64,000 bases of DNA from Eledone cirrhosa (lineage: Eukaryota), in contig OZ024744.1 in NCBI GenBank assembly GCA_964016885.1, positions 74,338,001 to 74,402,000 on the forward strand, read 5' to 3'. The position numbers were made by a program, and so were the translations under genes. The notes under the pieces were generated by a model. It ran no database searches. It was not told where the DNA came from and saw only the letters and a program-made list of their open reading frames with translations. Of the stretch, positions 37,526-50,384 are shown in pieces (position 1 is the stretch's first letter; every line of letters starts with the position of its first letter).

Positions 37526-39756
37526 AATCAGCAGTCTGTCGTCAATGAACATTTCCTCAATCTCATTCCAGAATGTTCTGTGAAATTAGATCTCGCAGAA
37601 CCTCCGAGGCTTGTGGAGGTTGCAGTGGCTATCTCGAATCTGAACAGTGGAAGGTCTCCAGGTATGGATGGCATACATGCTCAGCTCCTACAATATGGTG
37701 GTGAGAGACGCCTTCAACATCTTCACTCTTTGTTTGGCAGGATATGGGCTAATGAATCCGTACCTGAGGACTGGAGGGATGCAGTAATGGTGGTCTTGTA
37801 GAAGGGAAAGGGTAACAGGAATGATTGTGGGAACTACAGAGGTATATCATTGATTTCTGTCGTAGGGAAAGTTTTATGTAGGGTGCTTCTGGACCGTCTG
37901 CTGACACACATTGCAGATTGTGTTCTTCCTGAAAGTCAATCTGGTTTTCTTACTGGACGCGGCACTACTGATATGATTTTCTCAGCTAGACAGCTCCAGG
38001 AAAAGTGCATGGAACAATGTTTGGATCTGTATCAGGTTTTTGTCGATCTGACAAAAGCTTTCGATACTGTTAACAGAAATGCATTATGGAAGGTTCTCCA
38101 GAAACTTGGTTGCCCTGATAAGTTCCCTGCTTTAGTTAGGTCATTCCATGACGACATGAAGGATTGGGTTAATGTCGGAGGTAATATGTCGGAGCCTATC
38201 TCAGTAAAAAATGTAGTGAAACAGGGTGATATTCCAGCACCGTCCCTGTTTGCCATATACTTTGCAATGGTTTTCTATATTGCATTTAGGAATTGCGGGC
38301 ATGGTGTTTACATCCGATATCGAACATCAGGCAGCATATTTAACATCAGGCGCTTTGCTGCAAAAACAAAAGTATTTACATCAATCATAAGAGACCTCGT
38401 GTATGCAGATGATTGCGATCTTGTAGCGCACACAGAGAGTGATATGCAGCACATTTTGAATGTATTTTCTGACGCCGACACTGCCCTAGGATTGACTGTC
38501 AGTTTCAAGAAAACCGTCGTAATGTACCAACCTGCCCCTGGTAAGCAGTACACTGAACCAAATATATATGTGTATGGTAAACGACTTGGAGTGGTTGATC
38601 AGTTTGTCTACCTGGTAAGAAGTGTCAATCGATACGGCAACCTTGATAGTGAAATCCCACTCAGGATTAAGAAAGCAAGTGATGCTTTCGGAAAGCTAGA
38701 AAGGCGACTCTGGTCGGCGAGACATATGCAAGAGACAAAGGTAAAGGTGTACAAGGCATGTGTGCTCTCTTCTTTATGCCTGCGAGACCTGGGTCACATA
38801 TCGACACCACCTTAAGCAATTGGAGCGTTTCCATCAGATGTGTCTCAGACGGATCCATGGCATTCACTGGAGGGACCACATCAGTGGTGTCGAGATTTTG
38901 GAAAGCTCTATGTGTGACAGTATAGAAGCTCTTGTGATTAAGGAACGACTCCGTTGGAGTGGTCACCTTGCCAGGGTGAAGGATTCTAGAATACCAAAAC
39001 AACTCTTTTATGGAGAGTTAGTTAAAGGAAAACGACAGCCACATAAACAAAAAAGAAGTATAAGGATTCCTTGAAAGCCTCTCTGAAAGACGCTAACTTC
39101 TCTGCTGATACATGGGAAAATATTGCTGCTGATCGTAATAAATGGAGACAGACTGTATATGAGGGGAAAGTTGCCTTTGAGGCATCTTAATCGCATACGA
39201 GAAAGTAAAGCGGTATGTGAGGAAGGGCATTGCTGTTGCACTTCCAGACGGCGAAAGTCCTCCTATGGTGCTGACATACAGCGTCTGTGCGAGACTCTGC
39301 CTAAGCAAAGCTGGACTCGAAAGTCAACTTCGTAGTCATAAAGTAAGACCAGTGGTTGACTACCAGGCTGCTGTTGGAGATGCTACTCATCATGCTTGCC
39401 AAGCATGTGGTAGAGAATGTAAATCAGCAGGAGGGCTCAAACGACATGCAGAAGTAAATGAACTCCAACCACAGCCGGCTATTCCCAGTGAATGTTTTGG
39501 TTGCCGACTCTGTGCAAGACATTTTAGATCATTGGCTGGGCTAAAAAGCCACATTCGATCGCAGCGTTGTTAATTGCTATAGTGTGTGTGTGTATAGATA
39601 TGTTTATGTGTGTGCGTGTGTGTATATATATATGTATATTATTATTGTTGTTGTAGTCGTTATTATTATTGTTGTTATTATTATTATTATTGTTATTATT
39701 ATGTTTTTTTTCCCTCGTGCAATGGCCATACTCGATAACGATGGGGCAGCCATCAT
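37526..39756 (+). mobile_element. 5'-truncated degenerate RTE (BovB-like) element with three C-terminal C2H2-like fingers
   Basis: SPGMDGI, LPESQSGF, FVDLTKAFD, VKQGDI, YADD, LLYACETW, RLRWSGH; 39217-39573 has three CxxC...S.AGL.SH repeats; 3' tail GGGGCAGCCATCAT. Confidence 0.92.
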
Positions 39757-39778
39757 ATATATAACTAAAGCAGGGAAC

Positions 39779-39779
39779 T

Positions 39780-39862
<83 letters not shown>

Positions 39863-40031
39863 ATATATATATGTGTGTGTGTGTATGTGTGAATATGCTT
39901 ACATATTCATATACATACAGAAACACACACGCACATACATATATATATATATACATACTTTCATATATATATACATATATACATACATACCCACATACAT
40001 ACATATATATACATCATATATATATATATAT

Positions 40032-40107
<76 letters not shown>

Positions 40108-40556
40108 CACTCGGCATTCTGATTCATCTGACAAGACAGCGAATCTTCAAAAGAACTGAAAGGGTATGAAACAAATATATATATATACAATTCTCGCAAA
40201 AATAAATACACAATACACAAGACCAACAACAGCAGCAACAACGATAACGATAACAGCAACTAAAATGGCGACGACGACAACAACGACATACTTCAACAAA
40301 AAAACAACAAGAACAAATGTTAAACATAAGCGGCAAAAGTGATTTTCTTTTTAAATTTTTGCCCCTATATATGTGTATATAATAATTATGAGTGAAATAG
40401 GGTAGCGATAAAAGGAAAGAGGAGGTGGGTATATGTGAAAGGTGAATGGTGAAGGGTGAAGGGAAAGATCGTGCGGGTTGACTAGGGCGGGGCAGAAAGA
40501 ATGAACGGGGAGTATAAAGAGGCAGATAGATGTAACAGGAAACAGAGAGAGAGAGA

Positions 40557-40641
<85 letters not shown>

Positions 40642-40786
40642 CGAGAGAGCGAGAGCGAGAGAGAGAGAGAGAGAGTGAGTTAGAGAGAGAGAGATATTTA
40701 GAATGAAAAATGGCAAAGGAAAGCTAGCTAAATAGATAGATATGTTTTAGATAGATATATAGTTAAACAGATAGTTAGACAGATAA

Positions 40787-40876
<90 letters not shown>

Positions 40877-40947
40877 TAGATAAATAGATAAATAGATAAA
40901 TAGATAGAAAGATAGATAGACAGCCAGACAGATAGATTAGATAGATT

Positions 40948-41011
<64 letters not shown>

Positions 41012-41581
41012 TAGAGAGCGACAAAGAACGGGGGCAGAGAAGAGAGCCATAGAATGAAGGGAGGGAATAGTATGAGAAGGTGCATATGCTGTCTGTGGAC
41101 AATGTAATTGAGCTGTAAAGAAAACAAATATAATTCTTTATAGTTTACATATTGTCTCAAATGCTTAAAGAGACTAACTGAATATATAAAAAAGTGGAGA
41201 GGAGGAGATGAAATACATAAAACAAACAAACAAACAAACAAACAAACAAATAAACAAACAATCAAATAAATAATAAAATAAAATGAATAAATAAATATAG
41301 TTGTAGTAAAACAGAAGAGGCTGAGGTGAAGGTGAAAGGAGGAGGTGAAAGAAGAAAGAGAGGGGTGTTAGAGAAGGAAGTGTATGAGGTGGATTAAACG
41401 TGGTGGCTGGGGGTTGAGAAATATGTCTGTAATATGTAGGTATGTGCATCTATATTATCTATCTATCTATCTATATATTTATATATGTAGACTTACAGTG
41501 AGACGGATGCGTACATATACAGAAACACACATGTATGTATGTATGTATGTATGTATGTATGTATGTATGTATGTATGTATG

Positions 41582-41610
<29 letters not shown>
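39779..41610. repeat. Microsatellite field: (TA)n, (CA)n, (GA)n, (GATA)n, (AAAC)n, (ATGT)n
   Basis: Direct observation. Confidence 0.95.
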
Positions 41611-41612
<2 letters not shown>

Positions 41613-41618
41613 GTATGC

Positions 41619-41753
41619 GGTTAAACCACTGGGAGTAAAGGATCCCTAGTCTTTGTCAGGGCATTCTTGTAGAAGATAACTCAGTAAACTGGGATAACTC
41701 CGACATAAAACCTGCAGCTAAGTAGTTACCGATGATGAGGGGGCAGCCATCAT
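41619..41753 (+). mobile_element. SINE-like fragment carrying the RTE 3' tail
   Basis: Non-coding body ending GATGAGGGGGCAGCCATCATGTATG, the same terminus as the RTE copies at 4958-5015 and 39714-39756; preceded by (ATGT)n. Confidence 0.6.
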
Positions 41754-41788
41754 GTATGCATGTATGCATATATGTCTGTGTGTGTGTG

Positions 41789-41847
<59 letters not shown>

Positions 41848-41852
<5 letters not shown>

Positions 41853-42166
41853 GTTGTCCCCCGGTATTCGCGAGGGCTACATTCCAAGAGTACCTGCGAA
41901 GACTGAAAAACGACTAATATTGGACGCGGTTCTTAAAAATGCGTATAAACGTCAAAACATAACATAACGTAAAATATTGACCGGCAAATACGGTATATTG
42001 TTATTATATAACATTAAAAAGCAGGAAAATATATATATTGCGACGAATAAAGCCATAAAAAAATTGCGGAAGATATTACGTTCCGCGAATATGCGGTAGT
42101 TCCACAAACTATTATTAGTTTTAAGGAAAATTCCACGAATATCGGGACCGCTAATTCCGGTGGTAC

Positions 42167-42171
<5 letters not shown>
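41848..42171. mobile_element. Degenerate Tigger/pogo-like MITE
   Basis: TA..AGTTGTCCCCCGGTATTCGCGAGGG start; repeated CCGCGAATA motifs and ...CCGCTAATTCCGGTGGTACATTA end; TA flanks. Confidence 0.55.
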
Positions 42172-42236
<65 letters not shown>

Positions 42237-42239
<3 letters not shown>

Positions 42240-42355
42240 CGTTTCTGAATTTGTTTAGCAAGATTCTTTATCTGAAATCGTGTGTTGAAACCGATATTGT
42301 TATACTTCGGGAGGGTCATGTTGCCATTATTGGCAACATGACCCTCCCAAAGTAT

Positions 42356-42361
<6 letters not shown>
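42237..42361. mobile_element. Miniature hairpin copy of the Penelope-like element at 49488-54730, inside (TA)n
   Basis: 42237-42326 matches 49491-49580, then folds back into TATTGGCAACATGACCCTCCCAAAGTATAACAAT (the pLTR end). Confidence 0.92.
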
Positions 42362-42420
<59 letters not shown>

Positions 42421-42421
<1 letters not shown>

Positions 42422-42613
42422 GAACCAGTAAGACCCCGACAGCTGAGCTCAAGCCGTTTCGACGGCTAATTCTGGACGTCCAGAATTAGCCGTCGAAACG
42501 GCTTGAGCTCAGGTGTCGGGGTCTTACTGGTTCCTAATACCCACTCTACTACCTCAAGTTTTGAGTACTTTGGTGCGTTATGGTCCACCTGGTTCCTTAC
42601 CACATTTCCTTCG

Positions 42614-42616
<3 letters not shown>
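42421..42616. repeat. 114-bp near-perfect palindrome (42421-42534) at the 5' end of a small repeat family
   Basis: Centre CTGGAC|GTCCAG; family copies at 47885-48015, 54781-54916 and 63805-63850; (TA)n flanks. Confidence 0.88.
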
Positions 42617-42693
<77 letters not shown>

Positions 42694-42741
42694 AATAATT
42701 AAGTCAAATATTAAAAATTTGGCTTCGTTTATTAAAGGTGT

Positions 42742-42796
42742 ACTGCTATATATATTTCGGTGACAGCCATCCTTGGCTGTGACCTCTTCAGGCAGT
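42742..42796 (-). ncRNA. Minimal type I hammerhead ribozyme motif
   Basis: ACTGC-CTGAAGA-GGTCACAGCCA/agga/TGGCTGTCACC-GAAA-TATATA-TA-GCAGT; all helices pair. Confidence 0.88.
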
Positions 42797-42955
42797 CCGA
42801 ATTGGTGCGGTAGAGACAGGTACACATGTAGTTGAAGTGTTTAACTCCGTCAATACTCCGATATGCCCAGTTCCTGGTTGGGTTGTTATTTCTCTGAGGA
42901 ACTGGAATCATATCTGCATACTAATGTATCGCTAAACAGCCAACATGTACTCAAA

Positions 42956-43017
<62 letters not shown>

Positions 43018-43124
43018 ATATATATATAATTAGATTCACGTTCTTAAATTATAGGATAAAAATATTTATCTATAGTTACATGACTCTCCTACACTCACGT
43101 ATATATGTGTGGTGTGTGTGTGTT

Positions 43125-43174
<50 letters not shown>

Positions 43175-44655
43175 TAATTCTACACTAATATTTAACCCTT
43201 TAACGACCGCCACACGACCAATATAAATACGCTATTTTTCAAAATTTATCTAGCGTCTATAATAACGGTCTTATCTGTTTTAATGTATCCTTGTTAACTT
43301 ATATCACTTTTGATTTGAATTTTTCCTCACTGCTGTTAGCGAGCTTATACTAGTAAGAATAAGCTAAGGTACATCAATATCTTAACACCAAATATTATAA
43401 AACTTTGTGTCCTTGAAATACGTATAATAAAATAAATATGGTATTGTAAATGATATTTTCCATTTATTAATATTTATATTATTAATATTAGTAATATATA
43501 TATAGTGATAAAACACCGGGATGTTATATCCGCAGTAAGTAGAACACTCAGTCCATATGACAAATTAGGTACAAATTAGGTAGAAATGTAAACAACTAAT
43601 AATTGTAAATTATTTCTATTTATATAATATTTATACATGCACAATTATTAATTTATATAGATATTTATATACTTATAACCTATTGTATTAGCAATCCATA
43701 CTCGAGGGGGCGCGTTTCACCTAAGCGATTCTCAACTCGTTATGAGAATCCGTTGTGAGGAATATGGGTTGATAATTTGTTGTGGAATTAAATTCATATA
43801 TATATGGGGTGCGTGTTATGAAAGAAATCACTATATTCATTGAAATTTTAACTTATTTGTAAGGTCCATCGGCTCCAACACACACACGCACACAAATATA
43901 AATATATCGCATTAAAATACACAGACAACCCCTACCTCCACTACCTTCGAAAGAATTTCTAAACAATTTAGAAGAAACTAAGATAGACACCATTCGCACA
44001 AAATTAGGCAGAAAATTAGAAATGTGATTAGTTAATAATGACATATCCAGTCGAAGTGCCCATTCGCTTCCTACAAGAAATTTATAAACATTGCAAAGTT
44101 GGAGTAACAAGGTATTCTTTCAGTGCATTCAATCTTGTTAGAATATTTGCGATCGGTATATCGTATCAGTAATGGACAAATGAATAGAAACATTGTTTCC
44201 TTGGTTCGATTTGACGAGGTCCACCTCACTCAGCAAGCGAATGAGGTCTGAGATTTTGGCGATCGATCAGAGCGAGAATAGAAAATGTCATTCTTTTGTT
44301 TACTGAGCATTTATATTTCTTTCATAAATGAAGTACTAGATAAAAAAATCTACAGTATAAAACAATCATTAACAATAATTACTCCCTCTAAGAGACAAAC
44401 AGACCAAACCATAAAATAGGTACAAATATATAGGAACAATAATTACTCCCTTGAAGAGACGAACATATATATATATATGATTATTATTAATTTTTCTTAA
44501 TATTAATCAACATTTGAAAAGATGGCTTTTGCAGACCCATCGAAACCGGTCATTTTGTATACCCTTTATTATTTCCTTACCTTATAAAATTATATGTTTT
44601 TTCACAAAAAAGTATTCTGTCTCTTATATATTCCATGTGCCATTACCAACCTCAA

Positions 44656-44738
<83 letters not shown>

Positions 44739-44789
44739 CACACTGATATTAAATAAATGGAAACTATATTTATAAAACCATATTTTAAT

Positions 44790-44845
44790 CTATTATATAT
44801 ATTTCAATGGTACCAAATCTTTGGTATGCTTTCATCAGATAAAAT
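44790..44845 (-). ncRNA. Hammerhead motif with degenerate stem II
   Basis: TTTTAT-CTGATGA-AAGCATACCAAA/ga/TTTGGTACCATT-GAAA-TATATA-TA-ATAGA. Confidence 0.6.
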
Positions 44846-46034
44846 ACAAAGTTTGTTTTATAAATTTTGACATAATCAAGAAAAGATACCTTAACGGTTC
44901 AAGTTTTCCTTGGATAGCTAAGGGATAAGAGAAGAAAAGTCAGATATTTCAAATTATTAAGATGAGTATGCAAATGAGGTTGAGGTATAGGGTTAATAAA
45001 AACGTTATTTTAACGCTATGCAGAATTTAAATAATTAGGATATATATATATGTATGAGTAGGAAGAAGAAAAAGGAAGAAGAGCTTGTATTTACGTTAAT
45101 TTAAAAGGAATTAACGATTTGGGGGAATGGTGGAATATGATTCCAGAATTTAAATTTATTTAGCTATATTATGAGTTATAATATTGTATATATAATCAAT
45201 TAGATTATATGAAGAATTATGGTTGTAAGTATATTTTTATCTTATTACATTACAATAGGTTATAAGTATATAAATATCTATATAGATTAATAATTGTGTA
45301 TGTATAAATATTATAGAAATAGAAATAATTTACAATCATTAGTTGTTTACATTTCTAATATGAGTTACGAAGGATGTTGATTTTGCATTTTACATAAAAA
45401 AAACTGGTATTTCAAGTTGTGAGAGGAGAACAATTTGTAGATTCGAATATTTTGTTCCAACATTGAAAATGTTTTCAGATTATTGTTAATTTAGCGAAGT
45501 TATATAGTTTATTGTACATATTATATTACAATATCATGTTTATGTTTGCACGATTGAAAAGGGAAAGATAACTCCAATCTTGTTTGTTAACCGTTAAATT
45601 TGATGAATGATTTACTCAGAAAATATATAGAGAAAATTATATATTATTTCGTGTGAGATTAATTATTTTAGTCGAAAGATGTGTGAAAGTTTGAAGATCA
45701 AAGGGAGAGGAAAAACGTAATGTACATTTCGAAGAACTATCGTAAAGAGGATACATTTTCAGAATGTCAATTAAAGATTATCAATCTACATCTAAAAAAA
45801 ATATATTTAGAGGGGTATCATTAGGAAAAAATGTCAAAAGTAAAAAAAATATAAAAATATATATTAAAAAAATTAAAAAATGAATGATAAAAGGTAAAAA
45901 TAGTAGAAATATTAAAAAATTAAGAAAGAAGATCATTTAAAAAAATTTACATTTAAATTTTTAAAGAAAATAGGATCCTTTTGAAGGTGTATAAGATATA
46001 GTCAAGTGTAATGAATATCATAAATTAAAAATAC

Positions 46035-46811
46035 TTCTGAAAGTGGAATTTTGGCGATGTCTGCAAGAAGAAAATAATTCTGTTTTAAGATTAATAGAGT
46101 TTTGACAGTTAATTATATAAAAAATTTCATCGATACATAAGTTACAGAGCCTTGAGAAAGCCATATTTCGGTATGCAGGTGCTTTCGAAATCGTTCCCCA
46201 AAATATAGAATAGTCTATATTGCTGTCTTTTAAGTTCCAAATTAAATGTGAATGTGAAGTGGAAGATTTTTTATCGGATCTCTTAAATGTGTGTTTATGG
46301 TTATACCAGCGTTCTTTGAATTTTGTAGAAGTGGCACCAATATAATTAAATACTTTGTCTCTAGTTTTAACTGTGCATTTATAAATGAGGTTTTTGTCTA
46401 AGAAATTATTTTGTAAAGGGCAGTTTGATTTAATTCTACAGTTACATTTTCTGGAGATGTTGTTCGGAACGATACTATTATTCTGAATATTGTTGTTAGA
46501 AATATTATTATTGCTATTTTGGTTAGTTTGGTTAGGGTTGAAATTTAAGTTTCTATTATTAATTCTATTTATATGTTGTGCATATGTTCAGAGTAGGATA
46601 GTTTTATAGTGTGTCTGTTAAAATTAGAGTGGTATCTGTGGGCTTTAGGAAAACACATATCTAGTGCTTTAAAGAATAGCTTTGCTTTAATGCTTAATGA
46701 GAATGGGGGAGAGTACCAAATAATATTTCTAGTTCTAGTTTTTTTGTTTGGTTTAGTGTTTAAGTTAAATTGTTTATAATTATTATAATTAATTCTAGGA
46801 TGATTTGTCAT
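46035..46811 (-). pseudogene. Penelope-like linker + GIY-YIG endonuclease remnant (mostly missed by the ORF track)
   Basis: Manual translation from 46446: CNCRIKSNCPL...LIYKCTV...YIGATSTKFKERWYNHKHTF...IWNLK...CNLCIDE...INLKTELFSSCRHR. Confidence 0.85.
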
Positions 46812-46831
46812 GTTATAGTTATCTGATGTAC

Positions 46832-46888
46832 TTTATCTGATGAAAGCGTACCAAAGTTTTGGTACGCTTGAAATATATATATAATAGA
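46832..46888 (+). ncRNA. Minimal type I hammerhead ribozyme motif
   Basis: TTTAT-CTGATGA-AAGCGTACCAAA/gt/TTTGGTACGCTT-GAAA-TATATATA-TA-ATAGA; perfect stem II. Confidence 0.82.
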
Positions 46889-47087
46889 ATAAATATGGTT
46901 TTATAAATATAGTTTCCATTTATTTAATACCATTGAATATTATACTCCAGAAAACATGTCGTCGAGTGCTCTGAATAAGTTAAAAACATTTATATTTGTT
47001 GAATTACCAACAAATTGAATATCATTTTTGCTTATATATATATACATGCATATATATATTTATACACACACACACACACACATATAT

Positions 47088-47218
47088 ATTAAAATAACAG
47101 ATTAAAGTTTAAGCAAAGAATCTCTGCTTTCACTCTTAAATGATCTTCTGTTTCAGAACATCCCGTTAAGGGTGAAAGCAGCGATTCTTTGCTTAAACTT
47201 TAATCTGTTATTTTAATA
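47088..47218. repeat. Foldback hairpin (~53 bp arms); one arm also at 2236-2285
   Basis: TATTAAAATAACAGATTAAAGTTTAAGCAAAGAATC.CTGCTTTCAC and its reverse complement, separated by ~25 nt. Confidence 0.85.
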
Positions 47219-47495
47219 AATATTTGCGCTAGGAGGGTTCTTATATATTTGATATATATATATTTATCCTTATCGAGCCCTCTTTGTATTTTAGTCTTCA
47301 AATTTATTATTATTACTATTATATATATATAATATTAGGGATACTATTTATGGTTATGTATATATTAAAACTTTTTATAGTTATGTATATTTTAAACCCT
47401 AAACAATGAAGGTCAGTAATTTATTACTACCTTATTACCAGTAAGATAAATAGCTCAATGTAATAACATCAGTTGTTCTACAGAGCAGTTATATA

Positions 47496-47856
47496 GAATT
47501 CACAAGAATCAAAGCTATGTTCAAAGCATTTATTCACTTACAATTGTTTCAAAACTATGCTTGGAGTCTTCGGAGCATTTTTCAATGTTTGTACACATAA
47601 TTAACCTCCTTTCCAACGCAAGAGACATACAGATACATATATATATATTGATGTACAGTGGAGTGGCATATATTAACATCAACATATATGTATGTATCAA
47701 TATATATATATGTATCTGTATGTCTCTTGCGTTGGAAAGGAGGTCAATTATGTGTACAAACATTGAAAAATGCTCCGAAGACGTCAAGCCTAGGTTTGGA
47801 TAAAACAATTGTAAGTGAATAAATGCTTTGAACATAGCTTTGATTCTCGTGAATTC
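47496..47856. repeat. Long inverted repeat (~155 bp arms) with a degenerate hammerhead in each arm
   Basis: 47496-47652 is the approximate reverse complement of 47696-47856; arms contain CCGAAGA...GAAA-CAATTG-TA. Confidence 0.85.
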
Positions 47857-48236
47857 TCTCTCTCTCTCTATATATATATATATCAAAGAAGATGTGGTAA
47901 GATACCACGTGGATCATAATGCACCACAGTACTCAATACTTAATGTAATACAGTGGGTAATAGGAAAAGAGTCGAAACGGCCGGAGCTCAGCCGTCGCAG
48001 TCCTTTCTCTTTTCCTATATATATATATATATGTGTGTGTGTATATGCGTGTGTGTTATATGTGTGTGTATGTGTGTATGTGTGTATATGTGTGTGTGTA
48101 TGTGCGCGCGCGTGTGTGGGTGGGTGTATTTTTGAAAGACTCATAATGTCATTTTGAACAGTCTATTTTCATCTAAATTCTTCGCTATGTGAAAAAGATG
48201 GTTTAACAACAATATTCATACACAGACACACACACA

Positions 48237-48368
<132 letters not shown>

Positions 48369-48610
48369 CACATGTATTCTGATATGAACTTATAGATATA
48401 CCAAGTAGATCATATCGTACGTTGCTAATATATGGAATTATGTACGATAAATTAAAAATAGATTTCTTAACAGAAGCAAAGGCTAGTCACCTTGATCACA
48501 AAGGGTTGTAAATTTAGAACAATTTTGTCTTAGAAATTCGGAGTTTAATATCAGTCTAGTAGAGTACAATAAATTCGTGTTCATTGATTCATCTATCTAC
48601 CGGTATCTAG

Positions 48611-48701
<91 letters not shown>

Positions 48702-48849
48702 ATATAATTAAAAGTTTAATATGGTTCAATGAATTTATCAATGAATAAAGTTTCACAATAGATTAGAAGCACTCTACAGTTGGGTTTTCTGGAGTTATTA
48801 ATATTACTTCAAAATATTAATAAATATAGACATTCATGTGATCAAATAT

Positions 48850-48914
48850 ATTTTATTATATATATTTCAGAGGTACTGAGCTATTTCAACAGTACGTCCT
48901 CATCAGATAAAATA
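48850..48914 (-). ncRNA. Minimal type I hammerhead ribozyme motif
   Basis: ATTTTAT-CTGATGA-GGACGTACTG...CAGTACCTCT-GAAA-TATATA-TA-ATAAAAT. Confidence 0.82.
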
Positions 48915-49723
48915 AGTCGATGCCTGACATACCTTGACTATGTTGATGGTTATAATTTAGTCATGGCAGTGATGAGTTATGACAAAACTCCATATTTATA
49001 TACCTTAAATTGAAACATGAAAAATTACATATAATACAGAGGGTGCGTATGAGAATGTGTAAAAAGATATATAAATAACTAATAATATATAATACATAAA
49101 CGTATATAACTGTTAAAAATTTAAATAATAATAATATATGCATACCTCAATTATTGCAAATAGTGGAAGTGAGAGGTCGAGATAGCAAATCATGAGGAAA
49201 GAGAGAAAAAGAAAGAGATTTGATCGTAGGAACGAGAGAAGGGAGAAATGATCAAATGATAGAGAGAGGAGAAAATAAGTTTAATAGTATAAACAAAGGG
49301 AGGAAGATATGCATTGTAACGTATAAATAGCGTATAATTAGATAAGTGGGAAAGAATATTTAGGCACATGATGCGTAACCGTTTATTTTCAAATCTTAAG
49401 TTAATTAGAAATAGTCAATTAATAAAATGACATAAGATTTTAGACTATAAAATTTGAAAGGATATATACATATATATATATATATATATATTTCGTTTCT
49501 GAATTTGTTTAGCAAGATTCTTTATCTGAAATCGTGTGTTGAAACCGATATTGTTATACTTTGGGAGGGTCATGTTGCCAATAAGAAACACACGCACCAG
49601 TTGCTTTCACTTCAATTTATTATATATTTATAAATTTATAAATTTATAAATTTACAAATCTACAAACTTATAAATTTCTGGTTGGTTGGTTGGTTCCACA
49701 ACCAGATAGTTGTTTATATATAT

Positions 49724-49768
49724 AGTCATAGTCCTTTCGTCACACACTCTGTGACCTCTTCAGTGACT
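49724..49768 (-). ncRNA. pLTR hammerhead motif (inverted copy)
   Basis: Reverse complement of 50189-50233. Confidence 0.7.
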
Positions 49769-50188
49769 GGGGATTCCTTTCTTCTCTTCGTTTCTGTGCC
49801 TTTTCTTTCTTCTATCCTACGCCATTTTGTTTCTGTGTGTGTGTTGTGTGCTCAGTTTGCGCATGTGCCACATCCGGGTGTCTGTGTGTGTTTGTGTTCA
49901 TTTTTCTATTTGTTTATTTATTTATTTATTTATTGTTGGTTGGTTGTTTGTTCTATGTGTGTGTGTGTTTTCATTTTCAGGAGAAAATGAAAACATACAC
50001 ACACATAGAACAAACAACCAACCAACAATAAATAAATAAATAAACAAATAGAAAAATGAACACAAACACACACAGACACCCGGATGTGGCACATGCGCAA
50101 ACTGAGCACACAACACACACACAGAAACAAAATGGCGTAGGATAGAAGAAAGAAAAGGCACAGAAACGAAGAGAAGAAAGGAATCCCC

Positions 50189-50233
50189 AGTCACTGAAGA
50201 GGTCACAGAGTGTGTGACGAAAGGACTATGACT
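50189..50233 (+). ncRNA. pLTR minimal hammerhead motif
   Basis: AGTCA-CTGAAGA-G-GTCACA/gagtg/TGTGAC-GAAA-GGAC-TA-TGACT; extra G before stem II, very short stem III. Confidence 0.72.
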
Positions 50234-50384
50234 ATATATATAAACAACTATCTGGTTGTGGAACCAACCAACCAACCAGAAATTTATAAGTTTGTAGATT
50301 TGTAAATTTATAAATTTATAAATTTATAAATATATAATAAATTGAAGTGAAAGCAACTGGTGCGTGTGTTTCTTATTGGCAACA

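Larger units (their letters stand above)
44748..46929 (-). mobile_element. 5'-truncated Penelope-like element (Naiad-like) with inverted hammerhead-bearing pLTRs
   Basis: 44748-44845 is the approximate reverse complement of 46832-46929; interior minus strand encodes RNIIWYSPPFS..FNRHTIKLSYS and a GIY-YIG domain. Confidence 0.82.

Noticed and set aside
43192-43860. piggyBac-like element starting TTAACCCTT
   Set aside because: No matching right TIR or transposase remnant found.
46035-46450. Selenocysteine-encoding Naiad ORF
   Set aside because: Conserved cysteines are TGT/TGC; no in-frame TGA in the readable domain.
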